A DNA stretch of 64,000 nt. Origin: Vicugna vicugna. Its lineage: Eukaryota. The notes under the pieces were generated by a model that was given only the letters and a program-made list of their open reading frames with translations, made no database searches and was not told where the DNA came from. Each line of letters opens with the position of its first letter. The stretch's first letter is position 1. The position numbers and the translations under genes were made by a program. Location of the stretch: NCBI GenBank assembly GCA_013265495.1, contig MU058221.1:4944066-5008065 (forward strand), read 5' to 3'. Below are positions 1 through 13,755 of the stretch, in pieces.

Positions 1-1592
1 TGACAGGCCCTGCGCCCTCGGGTCAACGGCGGAAAGGCTCTCCTCCTCCACTCAGTCGTTTGTTCCAGCAGCAAATGATTATTAGGTTCCTGCTGTATAC
101 CAAGAACAGTGGCAGCGGCCCGGGGGTGGAGATTCCATGTAGGACACGGGCCCTATTCACAGAGAGTCCGTAAGCCGGTGGGGAAGAAAGGGCAGCACAC
201 AGACGACTCCACTCCGAGTCCTTTGTGTCCCTGGAGGGGTGTTGGGGGGAGGGGTGTTGGGGGAGGGGCGGGGCTGCAGGAGCACATTGCGGTGCGGGGA
301 GGGTTAGAGCCTTAGCTGGGGTCTATCTTCCAGGTCCTGCGGGAAGGGCTGGAGCAAAAAAGGCTAGAAACAGTGACAGGGCAAGCGGGAGCGTGGCTTT
401 GGAGCCAGGTCAGGGTTTGAACCTCAGCCGCCACCGAATGAACTGGACTCTTTCATTTCCTCCGAAATGCAGATGACGGCAGCTCTGAGGGTGGGGGATT
501 CAATGCAGCATTTTACCCAGAACGTCGCACGTGTGTGTTGTAGGAACTGAGCCCTCGCGCACGGCTGTGGGCACTGCTCCGGGGTCTTCTACATTCAGCA
601 CTAATTTATGGATTGCCTTCAAGAGCCAGCCCCTGTTCTAGGATCTGAGACAGGCTAGGTCTCCGCCCTCGGGGACATCACATTCTATTGGTGGAGACGG
701 ACATCGAACATATAAAACACCGCCAGCAGTAAGGATGTGCTGGGCAGAGAACTGAAACAGAGTGTGGGGGGGTGTTTGAGGTGCTACTTTGGGTTGGGCA
801 GAAGGCGGTGGAGGGGAGAGGGGTTGAGGAGACAACAAAGCTGAGATGATGGGAGTGACAAGGAGATCCAGGGAAGGGTGGTGTCCCTGGCAGTGGGAAC
901 AGTCAAAAAGGCTGTGGGGTGGGGAGGGAGTAGGAGACAAAATCAGAGTGGATGACGGAAGCCAGATCAAACTGTCGAGTGTGGGTTTGACTGCATGTGC
1001 ACAGGGGTTGACTGGAGGGTTTTAAGCAGAGGGGTTATGACTTCATCTGATATAAATTTTTAAATCTCCAACGACTGTGTCAAAAAGGAATGGAAGGAAG
1101 GAACAGGTGTTGGGTCTATGGGGGTGCCTTTTTTGGAGGTATGTGCACCCCACCTTCTTTGCTGGACCCAGCTGCCAGGCTGAGGTCCCCCTGCCACCCC
1201 TGTGCAAGCTCCCCCAGGCAGGCAGTCAGGGCTCGCCCTCCCTGAGGTCCGTGTACCCTTTTCTCCCTGCCGCTGGGAGGGTTGAAGCCCTTGCACAGGA
1301 TATAGATGGCCAGGTAGCATCCTTCACGTCTTTCCTGGGCACAATACAGACCATTTCACATCTGTATGTCAGGCTCTGCCCCTAGTTCCTCAAGCGCTGG
1401 GAAACTATGCCAAAAAGCAGTAGGAGCAGTGGGGTTAGCCCCGGTGTGCCCCTGGCCCGATGGGTGACTTTGCACTGACCCCTCTAGGGCAATGCTGTCC
1501 AATAAAAATAAAATGTGAGCCCTGGAGATAATTTAAAATTTTCTAGTACCCACATTAAAAACAAATGAAAAGGAAACAATGAAATTAGTTTT

Positions 1593-2035
1593 TTAATTGA
1601 TGTATACTTGATTTACAATGTTGTGTTAGTTTTAGATGTACAGCAAAGTGATTCGGTTGTACATACATACATCCTTTTTCAGATTCTTTTCCACTATAGG
1701 TTATTACAAGATATTGAATATAGTTCCCTGAGCTGTCAGTAGTTCCTTGTTGCTTACCTGTTTTATATATAGTTATGTGTGTCTGTTAATCCCAAACACC
1801 TAATTCATCTCTCCCTACCCTTTTCCCTTTGGTAACCATAAGTTTGTTTTCTGTGTCTGAATCTATTTCTGCTTTGTAAATAAGTTCATTTGTATCATTT
1901 TTCTAGATTCCACATGTAAGTGATATATGGTATTTTTTTCTCTGTCTGACCTACTTCACTTAGTATGATAATCTCTAGGTCCATCCCTGTTTGTGCAAAT
2001 GGTATTCATTCTTTTTTATGGTTGAGTAGTATTCC

Positions 2036-2080
<45 letters not shown>

Positions 2081-2789
2081 ACACCACATCTTCTTTATCC
2101 AGTCACCTGTCGATGGACATTTAGATTGTTTCCATGTCTTTACTGTTGGTAAATAATGCTGCTGTGAACATTGGGGCGCATGTGTCTTTTCAAAGTAGGA
2201 TTTTGGTCTTTTCTAGATATATGCTCAGGAATGGGATTACTGGATCATATGGTAACTTTAATTTTAGTTTTTTAAGGAACCTCCATACTATTCTCCATAG
2301 TGGCTACACCAATTTACATTCTCACCAGCAGTGCAGGAGGGCTCCCTTTTCTCCACACCCTCTCCAGCATTTATTACTTACAGACTTTTGGGTGCTGGCC
2401 ATTCTCATTGTAGTTTTGATTTGCATTTCTCGCTAATAATTAGTGATGTTGAGCATCTTTCCATGTGCCTGTTGGCCATCTGTATGTCTTCTCTGGAGCA
2501 ATGTCTGTTTGGTCTTCTGCCCATTTTTTGATTGGCTTGTTTGTTTTTTTTGATATTGAGCTGTATGAGCAGTTTGTGAATTTTGGAGGTTAATCCCTTG
2601 TCGTTTGCATTGTTGGCAAATATTTTCTCCCATTCCATAGGCTGTCTTTTCATTTTGTTTATGATTTCCTTTGCTATGCGAAAGGTTTTAAGTTTAATTA
2701 GGTCCCGTTTGTTTGTTTTTGCTTCTATTTCCATTACTCTAGGAGATGGATCCAAAGAAAATATTACCGTGATTTATGTCAAAGAGCAC
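1593..2789 (-). mobile_element. 5'-truncated LINE-1 (ORF2 C-terminus plus 3'UTR)
   Basis: Minus-strand ORF 2405..2755 reads DLIKLKTF...KRQPMEWEKIFAN, typical of L1 ORF2; T-rich 3' end at the left; degenerate TSD aaattagtttt/aaactaatttt. Confidence 0.92.
2038..2078. repeat. (TG)~20 microsatellite inside the L1
   Basis: Perfect dinucleotide run. Confidence 0.97.
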
Positions 2790-3898
2790 TTAAACTAATT
2801 TTAGTAATGAATTTTACTTAACCCAGTTTATCAGCAATATTATCATTTCAACATGCACTCAGTATAAAAAGTTATTCTTGAGGTGCTGTATATTCTACTT
2901 CCGTGCTAAGTTTTTGATGTGTGTTTTACGCGTGCAGCACCGTCATTTCAGTGCTCAGAAATCACGCATGGCGAGTGGCCACCGTGCTGCAGAGTGGCCC
3001 TGGGAGCCTCCCTTTCCTCATCTGCACGGTGGAGAGGATGGCGTCCCTGCACCTCCCTCACTCACGAGGCTGTTGTGAATACAGAGGAGAGGAAGCCGGA
3101 GATGGAGATTGAGGCTCTTGTAAAAGTTCGGTGGCTACCATCCCAGAAGGTGTTGATGGGAAAACCGGGGTGGGAGTAAAAGGGCTGATGTGGGAATGTT
3201 CCTCCTGTTTCTAAGTCACTGTGCTACAGCAAGAGATAACGGAAACACGCACAGACAATTAAATACCATAAATCTACAAAAATAGCGCCTAGACTGATGG
3301 ACTAAATTATGCGGGGGCAGAATTTAGTGTCTCACTGAAATTTGAAAAAGTCATCTTTCAGCAAAAAAAAAAAAGAGAGAGAAAGAGAAATGTATTTTTT
3401 CCTTAAGCCTCTGGTAACAGTGAACACATGTGATGCTTTTTGTGAAGTGGCATTTTAATGGAAATATTAAATCTGTGGCTTTTGTTTTTGTTTTTAAGGA
3501 AATGGAGAAAGGAAGGAAGCTGGAGGGTTTAAATTCGTTCTGCTAGCTTTGGATTCTGCAGAATCAGGAAATCAGAAAGTACAAGTTCTCAGAGCAGTGA
3601 CATTTAACTTGATTGGGAAGGGCACGCCCAAGGTCACCCTTTTGAAGGGTTTGTCTTCCTTTTCAACAATTTTCACAGCATGTCTTTTGAAGCTCAGCAT
3701 TTTTCGGTCTTTCTTTTTCAGTGTGGGAACAGAAGTTGGAAGGCTAGAGTTTGCTCACTTGACTCTGCTAGTGCCCTGGCTTCTGTGCCTTCTGCATGAT
3801 AGCACTCAGTGGAAGTTTGTTGATTGACTCATAGACCAAGTTTCAAGGATGGGGAGCAGTGGGGAGGATGCTTTTTCAGTGGAGAGGGAGCATTTTTT

Positions 3899-4159
3899 CT
3901 TTTGTTTTTTTTCTATTCTTTTTTTAATTGAAGTATAGTCAGTTTACAATGTGTCAATTTCTGGTGTACAGCATAATGTTTCATTTATACATGAACATAC
4001 ATATATTCCTTTTCATATTCTTTCTCATTATAGGTTACTACAAGAGAGCAAATATAGTTTGCTGTGCTATAGAATAGAAACTTGTTGTTGATCTGTTTCA
4101 TATATAGTAGTTAGTATCTGCAGATTTTGAATCCAAATTTATTCTTCCCACCCCTGGAT
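3899..4159 (-). mobile_element. Short L1 3'-end insertion
   Basis: ttaattgaagtatagtcagtttacaatg L1 terminus; TSD GCATTTTTT at 3890-3898 and 4160-4168. Confidence 0.85.
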
Positions 4160-6289
4160 GCATTTTTTAAGCAGTCCTTGTTCATGTGAAGTCATTCAGG
4201 TCCCAGGTATATTTTTATTATATTATTGGCTCCCTTAGAAACATAAAAAGAAGTTAAATACAGTCACTGTTTATTTTTAGTATTTTAACTGAACTCTCCT
4301 CAGTTTAGGAGCTGGACAACTACGTGGGTCTAGGAATACTTTGTTTCTGTTTCTCCATAAATATTCCTTTCAGGTTTCTTTCTGCTTTCTTTCTCTTTTA
4401 TAGCCAGGGAAGTTTTTTAATTACCCAGACTCTGAAAACATCTAGCTTTAGAAACTGATGGGAACTTCTTTCACTGTCTGGATCACTTCAAATCAAACAT
4501 TTGCCTACAGGACCCTGGGGGGGGGGCTTAGGTGTCCCCCAGCAGGTCTTTTCCATCTCTTGACGTTTACGATCCCCTAGTTCTTCCATGGGTACCGCGA
4601 GGCTTGGAAGCCTTGGCTACTGGCTTTCCCAGGGCACCCCTGCCAGCCCTGGGCTGCCAACTACCAGCATGGAACCCACATCACGAAATGCACACGCTCA
4701 GTACGGTGCTAGCATCTGGCCAAATACACACTTGACTGTTCGTGAACACATGGCATGTCAGCATTTCTTTCCCTTGTGTTTCTGCGGGGGAAGAATGGTC
4801 CTACGTTGCCTTAGGTTTTGGTCAGCTTAACTTTCTCATCCAAACCTGACCGTGCCGTTATCACACCACAGACCCAAACCCCATCTCTCTGGACCTCAGA
4901 AGCTGCACTCTGCCTGTGTCTTCCTTCCTGAATGGGCTCCCTGCCGCGGTTCGCAGTGAATGAGTATAGATGGCAAGTGTGAGGGCTTGTCCCCAGGCTC
5001 GTGCTTCTTGGAGACATTTCCCTTGAGCCCCCTGCATGGAGCTCCCCTCTGCGCAGGCGTCTCCCTTCCATGTGGGGTGTGTTGCTGCCTCCCATTTCTT
5101 CTCTTTGCAAATCTCTAGTTTTCTGTCTCCTGCGAAAAATCTCCCCTAACACCTCTGTCTCCCTCTTTCTCAGCCTCCCTATTGTTAGAAGCAACTATTT
5201 TGCCTCTTTTTTTTTTCTTTTACATTCCTGGTATGCCGCTGCATTTTTTTTTTAAAGCTCTTGAATGAAAGGGCATGTTTTTCTTTCTCCTTTTAGATGA
5301 CAGACCTCTCAAGGTGCAGCCTCCAACAAGCCTGAGACCTCAGTGCAGCCAAGTACCAGCCATAGTGGTTACTCGACGATAAATAACTCGAATTGGCTTC
5401 TAGCTGAACATCACGTATCTTGGTTACCACGTGCAAAACTGGGATGCGTTCAGCTCCAGTTTTTCTACCCTCAGCCTATTTTTGAAGTTGATTCATCGTC
5501 CTTGGGCATACTATCTCAAAAAGGCTAATTCTGTAAAGTGCTGTGGCTGCTCCTCAGCGTCATTAAGGGCTTGAGATCCCCCTGCTGTCTGTCTGTGTTC
5601 TGATGAAGGAAGCATCTCCAAGCTCTGACCTCGAGGCGGGTACAGAAGACTGAGCTTTTGTAGCTTCATGCCGGGAATGATGAAGCTGAGTGGAGGCTTT
5701 TAACCACTCAGATGAGGCTCCCGCACTTTGTTTTGAGTTCCTCAAGGTCCATCTTGTCCCTCACTCACCAGGAGGCACATGTGACTTAGTGCCCATCTCT
5801 GCGCCAGGTCTGAGGAGAAAGCGATGTAGGGCCACGTGCAGGGACTCTGCACAGGGAAGCAGTGCTTACATGGTATTCACAGGGGACCCAGTGGTTTGAA
5901 ACGAAACAGAGGGATGACTCATTTCTCCTGTGAAACCACTGTCTGTGTCTAAACAGCAGAAGAGGTACAGGTCTGTGGGGCCGAGAGGGCAGGATTCTCG
6001 TCCTGTGAAGTGTGAGGCCGCGTTTGGGTCATTCATTCATTCAGGAGATACACGCTGGGCCACCCACTCTGTGCCTTGCACCAAGTATACCTGTCATGAC
6101 GCACAAGATGCGCCGTCCCTGTTCTCGGGGGAGACAGGCCAGCAGAGTCGGCCTTCAGAGACAGACCCCTGCCAGGCACGGACCACACAGCATCCCCTGC
6201 ATGTGTGAGCTGTCGGGGGGTCCCTGCGCCCCAGGGGGCTTCCAGGCAGAGCCGCCAGTTGAACAACTATTTACTGAAGGTCTCACTGG

Positions 6290-7430
6290 GGGGTGACTTT
6301 TTAGTCAAGAGTGAAGGGAGCTGACTGTGTGGACACGTGGGAGGAAGAGCGTTCCAGGCACAGGGAGGGAAGAGCAAGTGCAAAGGTCCTCAGGCAGGAT
6401 GGCGATGGCTTGTTTGAGGAAGGGAGGGAGCCTGCGTGGCTCGAGCAGAGGACAGGTGCAAGCGGGTACAGTCAGGAGGGCAGCTGGGAGCCGGGCACAG
6501 AGGCTCTTTTTCCTCAAGACCCAGGTGAGAAGGGGAGTGTTGGAGGGTTTGAGCAGAGGGGTGATATGATCTGATCTAGGTTTTAACAGAGCTCTAGGGC
6601 CACTGTGATAAAAATAGACCAAGGCGGGGTGAGGGTAGGAAACTTGGAGTCAAGTTGGGGCGGAGGTCAATGTGGTTTGGATGGTGGAGAGGGAGAGTTG
6701 TTGGATCCTGGGTCCGTTTTGTTTGGTTTGGGGTTGGGGGGAGGTAATTAGGTTTATTGTTTATTTATTTGTTGCCTTTTTTTTTTTAATGGAGGTACTG
6801 GGGATTGAACCCAAGACCTCGTGCGTGCTAAGCACATGCTCTGCTACTGAGCTCTACCCTCCCCACCCCCTCACCCCGATCCGTTTTGAAGGGGAAGTGG
6901 CAGAATTTGCTGGTGGGGTATAAGAAGAAGAAAAGAGTCAGAAATACCTCCTGAGCAGCAGGAAGGAGGGAGGGAAGTGGTGCCGAAATGGGAAAGACTG
7001 TGAGGCGAGCGGATCTGGGGGGGATCACCAGGACCTGTTTGGGACATGCGGCATGGGAGCTGCGTTTAGGACATCCGGTGCGGTAGTGATGGGCAGTAGG
7101 GCAACTGATTTCAGGGAAGAGGTCTGGACTAAAGAGAGAGACCTTAGAGTCATGGGCTCGCGGGTGGTACCCAGACAGGAGATCCCTGCGGGATGAGGGC
7201 TGCGAAGAAGGAGGTGAAGGGCCGAGTCCTGACACCGCAGCTTTCAGAGATGGGAGAGAAGAGTAAGAACTGACGAAGGAGACTGAAAGGGGCAGAACCG
7301 GGAAGGTACAGGGTCCCTGAAGCCGAGGAAGAGAGTGTATGAAGGGGTCACCCGAGTCAGGTGCTGCTGAAGGGCCAAGTAAGGTGACGGGTGAGCTAAT
7401 GGGGGTCATTGCTGTCCTCAGAAGCGTGGT
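6290..7430 (-). mobile_element. Old LINE-2 relic, interrupted by a SINE
   Basis: Purine-rich L2-like motifs (gttccaggcacagggaggg...gcaagtgcaaaggtcct; gtgatatgatctgatcta); boundaries approximate. Confidence 0.6.
6722..6879 (-). mobile_element. tRNA-derived SINE, camelid Vic-1-like
   Basis: ggaggtactggggattgaacccaagacc...gctactgagct (reverse B and A boxes); TSD TCCGTTTTG at 6713-6721 and 6880-6888. Confidence 0.9.
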
Positions 7431-10079
7431 TGCCATGGAGCTGCCAAGACGGACATGGCATTCTGCTGGAGAGCAGGGCAGATTCCAGAGTGGGGAGTCG
7501 AGGCAGGTACTGGGCAAACGGGGCTCCTCTCCAATATCCTGGGCACGCCTGGCCCCTGAGGAGCCTCAGGAGAGCTCTCGGAATCCGTGCTGGACTCCTG
7601 ACCTGGGGAGGTTGGTGGAATCAGTGGGTTGATGTGATGTTGGGGGTTCCAGGGTGAAAAGGACCGAAGCTCCCTATGGCTCAAGAATGACTTCAGAGCA
7701 TGAGACCTAACGGGCTCCTTGGAGTCGAGGGCCTCCCCGCCAGGCCTCGGTCCCCATTGCTTCATCACCTTAGATGGAGTGAGGGGCTGAAGAGGCTGCC
7801 GGCTGTGCTCAGCACAAACAAGGAGCCCTGGGTGGGTGACTAGGAACCATGGTGGGGAGTCTTCGAGCTCCAGGATCAGGCCCAGGGCTTCTAAAACAAA
7901 CAACCAGCTGCTTGTGCCCTGAAAGGGGTTTGCTCAATGGACATGTTAGAGGGCAGCCTCGCCCCTCCTGGGCAGCGCGGCACAGGCTTCAGTTCTTGAG
8001 TGACGGGCCAGCCGTCCTTGCCACAGGAGGATCTCTGTCTGAGTGGCAGCCAAGTGTTCCTTCAGACCAGTGGCTCAGGGCGGGACCGTCCGCACTGCGG
8101 ACGCGATACGGTGGTGGTGTTTATGCTCCCACGAGCCGTGGAGGCTGGCTGGGCCCTGGGCTCCAGAGGTCGCGGAGCCGTCCAGGGAGCCGAAGTCACA
8201 TCAGGAAGAAACCTGATGACGGACAGCTCGACCCGAGTGAGTCGGGTGGAGTGTCAACTTCTGATTACGCGTGAGGTTCACAGGCCTAGAGGACCCTTAA
8301 GCTGCCCTCAGAGGACACACTTTTAAATCAGAACTGGATTTTGTTGCTTAATGAATTCTGAATGTGTTAAAATTTAAAAAGCTTGCTTAGGGGCCTGGGA
8401 GGGGGAAGTATGAGTGTCACATGCCTCTTACGACATTGAAGAAGGAAGCTTACCCCTGACACACCCAGCCCCGCCCACGGACGTCCCGCATTATAGCCCG
8501 TATGCCTGGGTTATTGGCTGATCGACACACTTAGGGACTCACATCCATTATCTCATTTGATCCTCAAAATAGTTCTAAGAATTAAGCGAAGCTGCTATAA
8601 TCGCTCCTATTTAATAGACATGAGCTGAGGCTTATCGAGGTGATGGATTTGCCCCTGGCAGGTCCGGCCTCTCAACCCAGGGCCCCCGATTTCCACATCT
8701 GGCCGTTGTCCCTGGCGGGACAGGGAGATGGGGAGGAAGCAGCCCCTCTGACAAGTGTACTCATGAATATTGCCACCGGCGTTTATTAATAACAGATGGG
8801 CCAAGGATTCCGCAGAGTCGCCGTCCTAAGGACTCCCACGCATTTAACTCTCAAGACATTTTTTTTTCTTATTTTGTAAAATCATGCCGTCTAGTCCTTA
8901 TCTGATAGGTGCACCCCAAAGGGTGCGTGAACCACGTCTGCCGAGTCGATGGGGTGACTGACAACCTTCCTTCCCTCTTGGCCATCGCAAAGGCCAGAGT
9001 GTTGCCCTGTGGCTGTGGTCCCCGTGGGTCCTGGCTCCCCATCATTCTCTGTAAAGTGTGGATGCCAGCCGCTTTCCGCGAGGTCTGTGCCGTGTGGGTG
9101 GGAGGATTTTGTAGCTTTTTCCCTCCTAACTGCAACGGTGACTTGATGATGCTCTTGCCAAGTTCTGCTTCTTTGCCCTACTGGGTTGGTGTCCTTCCAG
9201 GAGCCTCTTCTGTCTTTCTTCAGGTGTTTAATTAAGCAAGTCCACGTGCTACTCCATGTTCCTGGAGAAACTAACACAGTGAGCAAAGCTTCCCAGGACC
9301 TTGCTTCCTCCCAGGTGGCCAGGTTCCCACCCTGCCCGTTGTTACTGCAGTGTATCGTGTGACACATGTGTCCCGGTGCAGGTGGTGTGTTGTTACAGCA
9401 CGTGACTGCGATATAGCAGTATGGCTGCTGTTATTAACAGCCTCTTCCCCTACACACACGCGTTCCCTCCTATACATCCTATTTCAGAAGACTTACCTTC
9501 TTAAAGGCCCATGTACTTTACACTGAAATCAACTCGAGGAGACCAGAAAGCAGCAGCTAAGCTGGACCCTAGTCCTTAAGTCCCAGGGCCTTTTAAGAAG
9601 GTATCTCTCCCAATTTGACCTTTTTTTTCTTTCTCTCTTTCCTATGCCCAGGTGAATGAACTGCATCACATCTATTCAGATATTTTGTATTTAACTTACA
9701 AATCTTAAATGGAGTTTTTTTCTATTTGCACTGTTTCAGGATTCACAGAAAATCAAGTCCAGTCCAGCCTCCTCCTCAAGCAGCTTAATTTAAGTTTTAG
9801 GCAAAATCATGAGGGGTTGAAAATCGACTTTCAACCCAGAGCGTGTCCATGGGGAGGCTGTTGGTGAGTCCTGAGGCTCTGTGGAATTAAGCATTAGTGT
9901 GGCCGCCTGATTCTTTTCCTCTGTGGACTTGCAAATTAACATCTTCCGTGGCTGCCTCTGCCTGCGTACTTATATTCCAATCTCCAGATGCGTTGTTTGT
10001 TATTAAAGTCACCATGTTTGGGGGGGTGGGGGTGCAGTGACTGCCCCAGATGCGCTGACCTGCACTGTAACCAAACATG

Positions 10080-10570
10080 TTATTCAGACATACTGGAATA
10101 TATTCTTCCCCATCCTGGCTCGGCTCCGTCACTCCCTCCCTCCCTGGAGCCAGGGACTCCCCAGACTGGCAGGGAAGAGCAGGGCTGGGCAGGGACCTCT
10201 TTCAGAGGGGTCACGTCGAGGGCTCACACTGAGGCTGGGGTCAGGTGTAACAGAGGCAGGCGGGCAGTGCACACTCATTTTGTGCGGTCGGCCTGGGGAG
10301 CTGTCTGCATGTTCTAACAAGGGTGGAACTGCCTGTAACCGTGTATGTGAGTTCTCTAGAAGTCCTACAACTGTACAGGGGCCAGTTTCTACAGCTGCCA
10401 ATTCAGGCCCGTGGCCGAGGCTTCAGGAGAAGGGAGCGAGTGTTTCTCAGCTGAGAACCACTGGAAACCAGAGGCGCAGGCTGACCTGCGGAGAGGGGAG
10501 GGCCAGCCCAGGGCTCCCTGTGTCCCTGGGTGATCGTTCCCCACTTCGGTCCTTCCGTTGTGTTACGCTG
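10080..10570 (+). repeat. Left arm of a ~490-bp inverted repeat
   Basis: Reverse complement of ~13803-14295 by manual alignment; 10274-10493 is identical to the partner. Confidence 0.97.
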
Positions 10571-10571
10571 C

Positions 10572-10665
10572 CATGGGTCTGGAGTGGAGCCAGAGACTGC
10601 ATTTCTGACATCATCGCAAGTGGTACTGATGCTGCGGTCCGCGGAACACACTTTGAGTAGCAGGG
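10572..10665. mobile_element. MER5A-like fragment at the inner edge of the left inverted-repeat arm
   Basis: ggtctggagtggagcc...ctgcatttct...tgatgctgc...cacactttgagtagca. Confidence 0.65.
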
Positions 10666-13600
10666 AGCCACGTCAAAACGACCCGAGGCCGGAGGGTCAG
10701 GCCCCCAGAAGGCTGTTTCCGTCAGCCCTAGATTTTCCTAGCCTCTCCCCTTTAGCTCATACACATTTACATTTGTAGACAGAAAATAGTGAACATCTGA
10801 CAACATTTGTTTAATTGTGATTGTTGTGGGGCCCTTCGGGAGTTGGGGGAGAAGAGCGGCTCAGCCAAGCTGCCAGTCCCCACCCCAAAACCATCAAGAC
10901 TTAGCGTTGTGCCTGGATTTTTCCAAAAATGTGCATGATCGTGGCCGATCCACCCACTCTGGCCTTACGATAACAGAAACTGCTCCGCCAGAAGGGAGTG
11001 ATTGGTCCGGAATAAACCCACCCAGGGTGGCAGTCAGTTCTTTACTGCCCTGTTTAGAGCTGGCCTGAGGATTGACATTTCCTTGTACTGTCTCAAGTGA
11101 GAACTCTCCTGGGCTTCTTCCAGCAACCCGTGTCTCCTCCCAGACTCTGCAATCCTGTGGTCACTCCATAAATAGTTGTTGACTGGCTTGACTCATTCCC
11201 TGGGGGAAAAAAAAAAAAAAAAAAGCAGGAGGAAGTAGGGAAAAGGGGAGTGGGCTTGGTTTTCTGTCTCTCTTAAGTGTAAGGAGGAAAGGCCCAGCCT
11301 GCTGTCTGATTGTTTGCAGGATGTGGCTATTTCCATCATATGAAGTAGCATGAAGAAACGCAATTTTTGTTGTTCACGACCTGCAGTCTCTTTGGAGGCT
11401 TAAAGGCAGAAAGCAGTTCCCTCCAGAATTTCCAGCTGGGAAGCCCAGCAGGAGAACCAGCCGCCGCCACCGCCGCCCTGACTGCTTGGAAAACACGGCC
11501 CCTCGTCGTCCCGTGATGCTGTGGGCCCTGTTTCGTGTGCAGTTACCCTTGTGGGGGTGAGCAGAGACCTTCGGGTGTTTGCTCTGGTGACAGCCAGGTT
11601 CTCGATGCTTTTAAGGCCTGGGGTTTTCCCTCGCGGTTCAGCTGTGAGACTCTTGAGGATGTGTTTGTCCTCTCATGATTGCGTTCTGTGCCTCCTTCCA
11701 TTTCTCTCCTCCAGAAATGGAGGGGGTTTCCCTGGCTTGACAAAGGGAGAGAAGGGGGCTGTGTTCCAAGGGGCCTGTTGTAGGCAAACACCCCTCTTCT
11801 CAAGCTGGCCTGAACTGCCACTCCACTGCCTTTCCTGGGGTCTCTGGAACCTTCCTTACAGCTCACACGGATTTTGTCGCTTCCAAGAATGCTCTCTGGC
11901 CCTTCGCCTCCGTAAAATCATCTGCGTTGGGGTCTGAGCTCTGGTGGAGCATTGCTCTGGGGTTTTTTTTTGATTTGCACGTGGGCTACACCCAGGCCTT
12001 TCCATGGGTTGGTAGAAAATGCCTGGACTCCAGGAATGGGGAAGGGCCCCCAGTTTCCTTATCTGTGAAAAGGAGCTGGTAAGAAAATAGAGAGTCTGTA
12101 CGCGCAGTGTTGGCATGAGGGCTGAGTGAGTTTGCATCTGCAAAGACTTAGGGCGGTGCTAGACGCAGAGTGAGTTGACTGTTGTTTTTGTGTTTCTGTG
12201 TGGCATCCACATTGTGGGTTTTTTGGGTTTTTTTGTTTTTCCCTGTATCATGAGCTTATTCAGCTCAACTTTGGGCTCCAGGGTCGAATGTAGGAGATTG
12301 TCCGCTCAATAAATGCTTCTTTTAAATTAATGGTGGGGGAACGGGGCGCAAGCATGTTGTGCGAGGAGACACTTAACAGCCTGCCCTGGGGGTGGGGGGG
12401 TGCCCCGCTTTGGGGTGCTTGTCCTTTTCCATGGTGTAAAGGCTCCCACCCACAACCGATTTCAAACTCCCGGTGGGGCCACAGTGACCGCCGGGTTCAG
12501 AAGAGACGCTCATAAACCAGGACCAGCTGGCCCGACTGCACCGCTGGGAGGCTTCTGTGATGGAAACCACAAGGCTGCGGCCACCCCCGGCCTCCTCCCC
12601 CTACCCCGCTTAAGAATTGGTAATTTGGCCTTTTTAAAAAGCACTCAATAATAAGATCTTAAATACAGCCTAGGTTAAAAGTGGGATTTTAATAAGCCTG
12701 TGCAGCGCTGTATTACACCACTTTGTGTTGCGCATGTTGAACGCGCTCGGGTTGTGCTGTCCCCTCCAAAGGAAGCCCTGAGTGCAGGGAATGGGGCTCG
12801 TCTGGGGGACAGAGAGATGACCTTTAAAAGACCTTTCAGAGCCACTCAGAAAAGGGAAAGCAGAAACTAGAGGCCCTGGAGGATACTTAATGTTCTGTCT
12901 GAGCAGCAAAAGAAGGTGGTAAAGAAGTAATTAGCACGCTTCTGAACAGCAGCTAAGAGTCAGGGGCCAAATGCAGAGAACACGGCCTGAGGCCACCGTA
13001 GCAGGAGAGCGCCGCCACCAGCCCTGCGCGGCGGGGAAACAGATGTTAGCACCGAGGTCTTACTTTGTACTTAGGAGGTTTGTGTGGTTTATTTGTTTTG
13101 GGCTTGGGTCTAATTTAACAGTTTGGGAGTGGAAAGAAAAATTAAGCACTTTATCGTGCCGTCTGAATAATGTTTTGGAATAACCAAGAATAGGTTCGTG
13201 TAACGAGGGGGTAGGTCATTGCCCCGCGTAATGACCCGTATCTGGATAGTGTTATTGTCCAGAGTGATGACTGGCCCTCCTTCTCATCACACACAAAGAG
13301 AAGCCTTACGGGGAAGAAATAAAAAGCCTCGGCCTTCTATTGTACACAGTATATAGTGTAAACAGTGGGTGCTTAATACGTGTTTGTTTCAATAAAGGCT
13401 TTCTCTAGCAGCTGTGCTCAGCGCAGGGCGGGACCTGCCTGAGGTCTCGCTGCTCAGTCAGACCCAGGTCTCTGGCCCCGGCCTGATGCTGTGGACTTCT
13501 CTCAGTGCCTTGGAAGGGACCAGCTGGACATAAGAGCCAGTGGGGGAGAGGCCCTGACAACAGCTTCGTATTAGATGCCCGAGTTTTGTCTCTAGGGTCC

Positions 13601-13718
13601 CTCTGGCAAGTCTCTGCTTCTAGATTGTTCCCTGTGACTGATGTCTGTGTTGGCTTGCCCTTAAACTAGTGGACAGAGTGCACTTAAGAGAAATGTAGAA
13701 ACTTTCCTGCTGGAGATG

Positions 13719-13721
<3 letters not shown>

Positions 13722-13754
<33 letters not shown>
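13722..13754. repeat. (TG)16 microsatellite
   Basis: Perfect dinucleotide run about 50 bp inside the right inverted-repeat arm boundary. Confidence 0.97.

Positions 13755-13755
<1 letters not shown>

Larger units (their letters stand above)
1488..2992. mobile_element. MER33/MER3-like hAT-Charlie MITE split by an L1 (pieces ~1488-1592 and ~2790-2992)
   Basis: Begins caatgctgtccaata...taatttaaaattttctagt, resumes ttttacttaacccag and ends agtggccaccgtgctg; matches the recalled MER33 consensus. Confidence 0.75.

Noticed and set aside
233..274. G-run tandem (gaggggtgttggggg x2) with G-quadruplex potential
   Set aside because: Such motifs are common in this GC-rich intron and nothing links this one to a function.
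6790..6860. tRNA-like A/B boxes here and at six other sites
   Set aside because: They are SINE heads with tails and TSDs, not tRNA genes.
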